Part shown: piece by piece, positions 55,101 to 64,000 of the stretch
Numbering within the stretch: position 1 is the stretch's first letter
Layout of the letters: each line of letters opens with the position of its first letter
Origin: Veleropilina oligotropha
Taxonomy: Eukaryota
Direction: 5' to 3'
NCBI GenBank assembly: GCA_048128005.1
Contig: JBEUKZ010000082.1
Location: forward strand, 1 to 64,000
DNA length: 64,000 nucleotides
Made by a program: the position numbers and the translations under genes
Notes under the pieces: generated by a model
Told to the model about the DNA's origin: nothing
Databases searched by the model: none
The model's input: the letters and a program-made list of their open reading frames with translations, nothing else

Positions 55101-58100
55101 ATTAATAAGTGTATTCCCTGAAATTTAACATTTCGTGGATAGTATGGTTTAGTCATCGTTCAGCCGCCGCCACAGAGATTTCTTGTGTGCGCTCTACAGT
55201 GAAAGGTTATAATCCGATTTGATTCAAATTTGGTATGCACATCAGTTATGATGAGGACACGCCACCTAACGATTTTCGTCATTTTTGGATCCAAGACGGC
55301 GGCCATTTTGTTTGGAGAAATTTCTTGTGTGTGCTCTACAGTGAAAAGTTATTATCCGATTTGATTCATATTTGGTATGCGCGTTCGATATGATGAGTAC
55401 ATGCCGCCTAAAGTTTTTCGTCGTTTTTTTGATCCAAGATGGCCACCGTGGTGGCCATTTTGTTTGACGAGATTTCTTGTGCGTGCTCTACAGTGAAAAG
55501 TTATTATCCGATTTGATTCATATTTGGTATACACTTTAGTTGTGATGAGGACATGCCGCCTAAATATTTTCATCATTTCCGGATCCAAGATGGCTGCCAA
55601 GGCGGCCATTTTGGTTGATTAGATTTCTTGTGTGTGCTCTACAGTGAAAAGTTATCCGATTTGATTCAAATTTGGTATGCATGTTAGTTATGATGAGGAA
55701 ACGCCACGTAACGATTTTCGTCGTTTTCGGATCCAAGATGGCTGGCGTGGCGACCATTTTATTTGAAGAGATTTTTTGTGCGTGCTCGACAGTGAAAAGT
55801 TATTTTCCTATTTGATTCAAGTTTGACATGCATGTTGAGTTATGATGAGGATATGCCACCTAACGATTTCCTTTTGTTTTCGGATCCAAGATGACCATCG
55901 CCGCGGCCACTTTATTCGAAGATATTTCTTGTGCGCAATCTAGTGAATAGTTCTAATCCGATTTGAATCCAATTTGGTATACATGTTTGGCATGATGAGG
56001 ACACAGTGCCAATTGATTTCTGCTACCGTGGGAGGGGATACATCTCCTCGACTAGCTGGGTCGAGGATTCGCTAGTTTAATTTGCATTTCCAAATTTCCT
56101 TCCGTAATTCCTTAGAATACCTATATGGCTAGCACATGACAAAATACAAGCAGAATATGTCATGGCATTTTAGAGATATGGCATCATTAAAAGTTCTGTT
56201 TTATTTGAAAAAACGCAAGATGGCCGACACAAAATTTAGGACAGCTTATTTTACTATAAAATATTCATAAATGAATGTGTATTTAGGAGAATAACTATTA
56301 CTGTAGCACATGAGCTTAATATAATTAAGATTCTAAATGTTGGACTTTTGTATTCTTTTAAGTTTAAAATGGACTTTTCTCAAAATGGCACTTTTTCCCC
56401 TCGTGTGCACAAGATCTCATCCAATATTAAAGATACCTTTCTGAAATACTTTTAAATGGATGTTTTACAGATTTACTGAAGCTTTTTTGATATTTTCAAA
56501 ATTTAGCAACTTATGAACGTTTTACTGAAGTTTTTTTGCGTTTTTCCTATTATTTTTCATTATAAAAGAAAATTTAACATTTTAATGTCTTAATTTTGGA
56601 TTTTCAAAATGACCTTCTGTAAATCTCTAGCAAAGGTATGTGGCTTATTAATGACAAAATATAAGCATAATCTACTTTGCCACTTTTGAGATATCGCATT
56701 GATAAAAGTTCCATTTTCATTAAAAAAAACAAGATGCCATGGAAAAAACGAAGTCAAGGCACCTGAAATAAATTTGTTTTGTCATAATCTTTATATGCAC
56801 AACAAAACATCTGTAAATAAATGTGAATTAAGAAAAATAATTTTCACTGTAGCACATGGCCTTGATTGAAATTTAGTCTTGGAAATTAGAAAATTGTGCT
56901 CTTAATACTTATGGAATACAAGTGATTGATGCGCATTTTCGCGCATGCGAGCCATTTCGAGCTTTAGCTCTTGTTTACTGAATTTTGATCTTCATGATTT
57001 TCGTTTCAGTCACGACTCAGCTGTCGATGATGACTGCCTGTCAGACGCTGTTTGCGTCCGGCAGCAACTCGACGGCGATGAACTACATCCCACAATGCAC
57101 TGCCACGGGCGAGTTCCAGAAACTCCAGTGTGAAGGTCATGGGAAGAAGGAGTCCTGCTGGTGCGTGGACTCGCAGGGCAATCTGATCACGGGAACGCAC
57201 ATGAGACACCCGCAGAAACCCAACTGCGAAACAGGTTGGAAACGATGTATAGTAATGTATACATTGTCTTGTCCCTATATTCAATATCCCCTGCAACAAC
57301 AAAGTTGTCGGGGGAATAAAGAATTGAGTTCCGTCTTCGTGGCTTGATTCCGCTAATGGGAACAGTAGTGGGTTCAATACCTGGCTGAGGCATTGACATT
57401 TGTTCAAGTTATATAAATCACAGTTGTCCGTGACTGGCCGAAGAGGGCGGGTTTACCCGGTCGACCGGGGTTTCCTCCCGCGATAACACGGACATGTCCT
57501 GCCTTGAACCTCGATGTTGTAAATATACAGGACATTAAGCATCATTCCTCCTCCCTCTTTCAACAGGTTACCCTGCTCAGTGCCTCTGCACAGGTTTCCA
57601 GTACAACCCTGTGTCACACAGATTCTTACAAGACATAAAGTATTACACTTTTAGGATATATTTTGCTTTCGTATTTTATGAGAATCCCAGAATTTGTTGA
57701 ATTTAAGGAATCCAATCCTGTGAGATATTAATTCAGAAATTGTCATTTTAGTTCTGCTGTGATGTCACGTCAGCGGAGCTTTACTGATACCGCTTTGTCT
57801 GGCGTCAACTTTGGACTTCTTTATGATGTTCTATGAGCCTTCTTTATGATGTTCTGAAAGTATTAGAAAATTTGACATCGCTGTTTTTCTGAAATTTACA
57901 TTTTAAGACTTAGAAAATCCACTTCCATGACAACTTTTGACTTCAATGTGAAAAACCCAGAAACTGTCTGATAACTTTTTTTCTACTTTGGCATGAGCCT
58001 TCCTTATGATGTCTTTAAATTAGCATGTTAATATTAGAAAAATGTACGTCCGAGTTTTGCTGAAATTGATTAACCCTTTCCAGCGGAGCTAGATAGGTGA

Positions 58101-61100
58101 AAGGCCTCTTGTATGAGATGTTGATTCGCTTCACAATTTTATACTTATTACAATCATTATCCTTTGAGAATTCGTCGTTTTGAAGTGAAATAATTGTAAA
58201 ATAACTGAATGTTTAAAATATCTTAGAAATTCTATACCATAATCAGCTTCTGTTTGGAACAGACATGTAATCTGTGAAGTGATGATGTTTCATCTTCACA
58301 GTGCAGGTAGATTTGTTTAGCGCCAAAAGAATCCAGAGTTGACTAATATTTTCTGTCACCACGTAGATCGGACATTTCCTTCAGGAGTGATTGCTCTGTC
58401 TCTGTAGATCGAACATCGCCCAGGAGTGATTGATCTGTCTCTGTAAATCAGACATCGTACTTAGTGATTGCTCAGTCTCTGTCGATCGGACATCGTACTG
58501 AGTGATTGCTCCATCTCTGTAGATCGGACATCGTACTGAGCGATTGCTCCGTCTCTGTAGATCGGACATCGTACTGAGTGATTGCTCCGTCTCTGTAGAT
58601 CGGACATCGTACTGAGCGATTGCTCAGTCTCTGTAGATCGAACATCGCCCAGGAGTGATTGCTCTGTCTCTGTAAATCAGACATCGTACTGAGTGATTGC
58701 TCCGTCTCTGTAGATCGGACATCGTACTGAGCGATTGCTCTGTCTCTGTAGATCGGACATCGTACTGAGCGATTGCTCCGTCTCTGTAGATCGGACATCG
58801 TACTGAGTGATTGCTCCGTCTCTGTAGATCGGACATCGTACTGAGCGATTGCTCCGTCTCTGTAGATCGGACATCGTACTGAGTGATTGCTCCGTCTCTG
58901 CAGATCGGACATCGTACTGAGCGATTGCTCCGTCTCTGTAGATCGGACATCGTACTGAGCCATTGCTCCGTCTCTGTAGATCGGACATCGTACTGAGCGA
59001 TTGCTCCATCTCTGTAGATCGGACATCGTACTGAGTGATTGCTCCGTCTCTGTAGATCGGACATCGTACTGAGTGATTGCTCCGTCTCTGTAGATCGGAC
59101 ATCGTACTGAGTGATGGCTCCGTCTCTGTAGATCGGACATCGTACAGAGTGATGGCTCCGTCTCTGTAGATCGGACATCGTACCGAGTGATTGCTCCGTC
59201 TCTGTAGATCGGACATCGTTCCGTCTCTGTAGATCGGACATCGTACTGAGTGATTGCTCCTTATCTGTTTCAGGAAGCAATCTTCCGTCGTGCGTATATC
59301 TCCTCGTCCAGCACAGTCACGGCATCTATGGCGAGTTCAAGCCCCAATGTCTGGCGTCGGGCGAATTCGACCCCCAGCAGTGCCACGAAGCGACATGTTG
59401 GTGCGTAGACAAATATGGCAGGAAAATCGAAAAAACAGAGACCTTAACCCATGTTAAGCTCAGCTGCAAAGGTATGTATGTACAGTTACTGCTTCAGCAT
59501 TAGGCCAAATAAAATTAATTATGTGTTTCACTGCTTCAGCATTCGGCCAAATAAATTAATTATGTCTTTCCGGTAACGAGAATGAAAAAAATAGGGTACT
59601 GAAAAAAATTATTTCGAAAATTTATTTGATTTTTTTGAATAGATCTAATTGATATAAAACGAACATTTTGCTCATTGTATATACATTTTAGTTTTAATGT
59701 ACATATCATAGACACTAGAGTTATCCCCCATTGCATTACCCTGAGATAGCGAGATATATTTAAGTTACAAATTATATAAGAATAATTGAATAATAAAAAT
59801 TCAACCAAAAGATAATTGTAAATTATGATCGCAAAAAAAGACAAATGCCGATAAAATGTTTAGGGTCGGGCCTAAAATATTAGGGTAGGTGGGTTACCGG
59901 AAACACAAATAATTTTATTTGGCAATAGCATAGTCTAACTTGTAAGGATGATGAATTTTAATTCTTCTACTCCAGAGTTTTATGACTAGAATTTTATTAA
60001 TAATAGGAAGTCACCTTGTTTGCTATAATGCCTCGACCAAGTTAAAAGATGAAGTCACTGGTTCCAACGTTAAGGTCACAAAGCTAGATTGAAATAATAT
60101 ATTTTTGGATTTTCAAATTTGGGGCAAGATTTAAGAAAGTGTAAGATGTTTATATGTTGATTTTGTGAGTTAATCCACAATTATTATGGATTTCTAAAAG
60201 CAATAGGCAGGTCTGTGTGAGAATTGTATCTCTAGTCATTAGAATGTCATTAATGATTCTGCATTATCTTTCAGACCCATACACCATCGTTATTGCACCA
60301 ACAGCGGCCCCTAAGCCAGAGAAGACTACACGTCGTCCTCATCACACCAAAGAAAAGGTCGGTGCAGGCGAGAACATTATGCGCAGAATCCTAATGTTTG
60401 AAATAGTCTTTTTATTTATTAAATTAATTGCACCTGCTAGAACATTCTTTTTCAAAGAATTTTTTGTAATGATACATAATTAATTTATAGTCCGTTTGAT
60501 TTGGAATATGATTGTCGTCCAGACATGGGTCTAATTTGGTATGGATATTGGGATGTGAACATACCAAATCTTGCTTGGAGTAATTTTGAGAAGAGGGTGG
60601 ATCCATCTCTGACGTAGTTAAAAATGCAAAATTTTATGAAAAGAGGAAATTCTTGCATTATATATATAAACAAATGTGCATAGATTCATTACTCGTCATT
60701 GCAGAAGTTTTACAAATAGCATTTTCATTGAATTATAAAGAAACCATAATTACAAAAAATGCCAAGAGCATCATTCAGACCAGCTAAATATACTTCCTCA
60801 CCAGGGGAGATAATTGACCACTAGGTATTTGTTTCATTGTATTCAGGCCACCCCGGTAGTCGTATAGTATAGCGTGCTGACTCTGAAATCACTGGCTTGA
60901 TTGCTTTAACTAACAGGTGTGGGTTTGAATCTCGTCTGGGCATTAACATTCTTGATTCAGTTATCAATCGCAGTTGTCTGTAACTGGTCGGACATGACGG
61001 TTTCACCAGGCTTTCTTTTCGTAATAATATGGACATGTCCTGCCCTGAACCCGATGGTTGTAAATATACAGGGCATTGACCATCAATCCATCCACCCATC

Positions 61101-64000
61101 ATTTTTGTCTCGCCCGAAGGGAAAGAGACTATACGTATTGCTTTTCTGTCGACCATGGCGTCGTCAACAATTGTTCAAGTTTTTCATTTAGCTGTTTCGC
61201 AAGTATATGTTACAGATGGGGACTGTTGTGTACCGGATGCTTGATAACCTAGATTTTATGTGTTAAGTTTTTGCGCTTAGCTCTGTTGCTCAAAAGATAT
61301 GTGTTCCAGATCAATTAAACTTGGACCATAGATGCTTCATAAGTGTATGAGCTGAGAGAGGCACATGCATGTTAAGCCTTCAGCTTTGTCCCCCCTCACC
61401 CACCCACCCCCCCAAAAAATGTATGAAGATGTTACATGATTTATTTTCGCTACACCTACACACTAGAGCAGTTATTCTGAAAAGTTTAATTATGCCTTGA
61501 AATATTGAGGATAGAAAATTAACAGAGATATATTCCTTTTTGGCCCGCCTTGTAAAGGCAGGGCTATAGCCGTGTACTGGCGTCTGTCGTCCGTCGTCCG
61601 TCCGTCGCCTGATGCTTTCTGTCACATAGAAGATGAACCGCTTGACTTACTCCTTTCATATTTGGTATACATCTTATATACCATCAGGCCTAGCCCAAGT
61701 TCAAAGATGGGGTCGCTGGGTCAAAGGTCAAGGTCATTTTCGTGTATTTCCGTTCTGGCACTTCGAAGATTGCTTTCTGTCACATAGAAGATGAACCGCT
61801 GGACCTACAGCTTTCATCTTGGGTATGCACCTTGTATACCATCAGGCCTAGCCCAAGTTCAAAGATGGGGTCGCTGGGTCAAAGGTCAAGGTCATTTTCG
61901 TGTATTTCCGTTCTGGCACTTCGAAGATTGCTTTCTGTCACATAGAAGATGAACCGCTGGACCTACAGCTTTCATCTTGGGTATGCACCTTGTATACCAT
62001 CAGGCCTAGCCCAAGTTCAAAGATGGGATCGCTGGGTCAAAGGTCAAGGTCATTTTCGTGTATTTCCGTTCTGGCACTTCGAAGATTGCTTTCTGTCACA
62101 TAGAAGATGAACCGCTGGACCTACAGCTTTCATCTTGGGTATGCACCTTGTATACCATCAGGCCTAGCCCAAGTTCAAAGATGGGGTCGCTGGGTCAAAG
62201 GTCAAGGTCATTTTCGTGTATTTCCATTCTGGCACTTCAAAGATTGCTTTCTGTCACATAGAAGATGAACCGCTGGATCTACAGCTTTCATCTTGGGTAT
62301 GCACCTTGTATACCATCAGGCCTAGCCCAAGTTCAAAGATGGGGTCGCTGGGTCAAAGGTCAAGGTCATTTTCGTGTATTTCCGTTCTGGCACTTCGAAG
62401 ATTGCTTTCTGTCACATAGAAGATGAACCGCTGGACCTACAGCTTTCATCTTGGGTATGCACCTTGTATACCATCAGGCCTAGCCCAAGTTCAAAGATGG
62501 GGTCGCTGGGTCAAAGGTCAAGGTCATTTTCGTGTATTTCCGTTCTGGCACTTCAAAGATTGCTTTCTGTCACATAGAAGATGAACCGCTGGACCTACAG
62601 CTTTCATCTTGGGTATGCACCTTGTATACCATCAGGCCTAGCCCAAGTTCAAAGATGGGGTCGCTGGGTCAAAGGTCAAGGTCATTTTCGTGTATTTCCG
62701 TTCTGGCACTTCGAAGATTGCTTTCTGTCACATAGAAGATGAACCGCTGGACCTACAGCTTTCATCTTGGGTATGAACCTTGTATACCATCAGGCCTAGC
62801 CCAAGTTCAAAGATGGGGTCGCTGGGTCAAAGGTCAAGGTCATTTTCGTGTATTTCCATTCTGGCACTTCGAAGATTGCTTTCTGTCACATAGAAGATGA
62901 ACCGCTGGACCTACAGCTTTCATCTTGGGTATGCACCTTGTATACCATCAGGCCTTGGTTAAGTTCAAAAATGGAGTCTCTGGGTCAAAGGTCAAGGTCA
63001 TTTTCGGGCACTTTGAAGATATAGAGTTATTGATTATTTTCCTCTCTATGGATTTATATATCCAAAAGGCAGGCCTGTATGAGGATTATACCTCTAGTTT
63101 GTTATTATGATGAGAGGGACATATGCTTATCTGTAAGACTTGCTCACTGCCAACAGGCATAGTAAGCTGTTAAGCTTAACTCGAACCGAGCTTGCATTCC
63201 TCAGATCAGGCTGTAATAAAATTATAGAAACATTAGGTCATTCAGAATAGGAATGTTTCTAGTTTACAGAATAATATAATATTACTTCATCTTGTTAGTT
63301 ATAAATGGATGCACGTGTGCACATATGTGTGTGCGTGCACATGAATGTGCGTGTGTGTATATATATTTATATATATAAATAAATATAAGCATAACTTTTC
63401 TAGTATATATTCACATGCAATAAAATAACTAATTTAGAAATTATACTTATTATATAACGTTCTTGTCATGTCAAACAGAGGTACGTCACACAAATGCATT
63501 TCCATATCAATGACGTCGTGCAAAAGAGGTCAAGTACAGAAATGCAAACATTGCTTGTAAATACCAGTGTTCAATCAAATGCTACATGTAATAGCAGTTC
63601 GTAATTAGTCGATAAACATTTATTGTGTAATCAAATATATTTACCATTTTCTTATGTAATTAATATCAGCTGATCGATATCAGCTGATCAATGTAGGGGG
63701 CGTGGCATTCAAGGTCAATCCATTGACCAGTGCTGTCCTGTTGACCTATGCTGGCTGACCTCATTCAGTATGGAGACAATGATGAACTGATGTTTAACAA
63801 CTACGGCAACAGTGAGATGAAGAGAGAGGGGGAGGGAGAAGAGGTCTTACATTACAATGTTTTGAACAGCACTGCATGTTAGGTAGTACTTGAAATGTCA
63901 GCTTTTCAAATTTGAAGCGGGGATGGGCGAGACATATAATTCCGCCGAATTTCTTGTCATAATGTGTCCATTATTTCAGGATAGCGGTGAGGAGGCTGGC
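46173..64000 (+). CDS. Host gene (partial): thyroglobulin type-1 repeat, Ser-Gly-rich extracellular proteoglycan
   Basis: Phase-compatible exons: 46173-46223 (GEDAKHTNHVAKSAGHK), 51949-52054 (GSGSFDDEDGESGSGIDDDDTEGSG), 57010-57234 (TY repeat: C..YIPQC...GEFQKLQC...CWCVDSQG...C), 59274-59471 (TY repeat: FKPQC..SGEFDPQQC..CWCVDKYG...C), 60275-60357 (Pro/Thr-rich), 63980 onward (DSGEEAG). Start exon not identified. Confidence 0.85.
47631..48296. mobile_element. MITE inserted in (TA)n, possibly Sola-like
   Basis: 28-bp imperfect TIR GAAGACTTTGGATGCAAAACGCGATATA, flanked by ATAT. Confidence 0.8.
49018..49278 (-). mobile_element. tRNA-derived SINE, same family
   Basis: Reverse-complement copy; TSD GATAAATAAATGAG. 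Confidence 0.9.
49770..50333. repeat. 40-bp minisatellite x14
   Basis: TTAGTTCCCTGACACATCCAGCAATTAATCAACCAATCAA. Confidence 0.96.
51545..51638. repeat. 22-bp minisatellite x4 at a SINE head
   Basis: CTCTGGTCGCTATGCACATGGC. Confidence 0.9.
53540..54400 (-). mobile_element. Uninterrupted paralog of the interior of the 1413-24630 element
   Basis: Reverse complement aligns by eye with 1540-1562, 2411-2482 and 23785-24500. Confidence 0.85.
54641..54902 (-). mobile_element. tRNA-derived SINE, same family
   Basis: Reverse-complement copy; TSD CAAGAAACATTAA. Confidence 0.92.
55150..56077 (+). mobile_element. HINE with ~150-bp core repeats (related fragments at 43880-44215 and 33370-33465)
   Basis: Tandem units with CAAGATGGC..GCCATTTTG; 3' hairpin CCTCGAC..GTCGAGG and CTAGTT end. 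Confidence 0.75.
57325..57554 (+). mobile_element. SINE, same family, 5'-degraded
   Basis: The 3' two-thirds match the family body and tail. Confidence 0.85.
58363..59260. repeat. 38-bp minisatellite (~23 units)
   Basis: GAGTGATTGCTCCGTCTCTGTAGATCGGACATCGTACT. Confidence 0.96.
60846..61095 (+). mobile_element. Older diverged SINE subfamily copy (also at 36630-36850 and 51640-51800)
   Basis: GACTCTGAAATCACTGGC head, GGTTTGAATC B box, GGACATGTCCTGCC.TGAACC tail. Confidence 0.7.
61537..63039 (+). mobile_element. HINE with ~9 near-identical 158-bp core repeats
   Basis: TTTTTGGCCCGCC start, GTCC microsatellite, 158-bp period (61742, 61900, 62058...), GGCAGGCC and CTAGTT end. Confidence 0.88.

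Noticed and set aside
58381..59280. 179-222-aa minus-strand ORFs; CRISPR-like look of the array
   Set aside because: Products of a 38-bp minisatellite. Units are contiguous with no unique spacers, and there are no cas genes.

Overview
AT-rich, intron-rich animal (probably molluscan) genomic DNA with no prokaryotic features. Main result: a ~19.8-kb element (about 2548-22352) carries an intact 10-exon spliced gene (640 aa). The protein has a PWWP-like domain, a tandem-repeat linker, a tyrosine-recombinase catalytic domain (R..K..R..H..Y) and a Myb/SANT-like tail. The element has oppositely oriented arrays of a TTGTGGGGTT motif at its two ends and splits the (GTCC)n microsatellite of a Helentron-type HINE. 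That HINE lies inside a TIR element with a 5-bp TSD, and a paralogous copy at ~53.5-54.4 kb shows the uninterrupted sequence. This is a Crypton-like YR transposon with an unusual chromatin-reader fusion. The right part of the window holds 6 exons of a host thyroglobulin type-1-repeat Ser-Gly proteoglycan. The rest is tRNA-derived SINEs, HINEs with satellite-like cores, MITEs (several with CAG ends and 5-bp TSDs), piggyBac and Penelope remnants, and minisatellites. All domain and family calls come from reading motifs by eye; no database searches were run.
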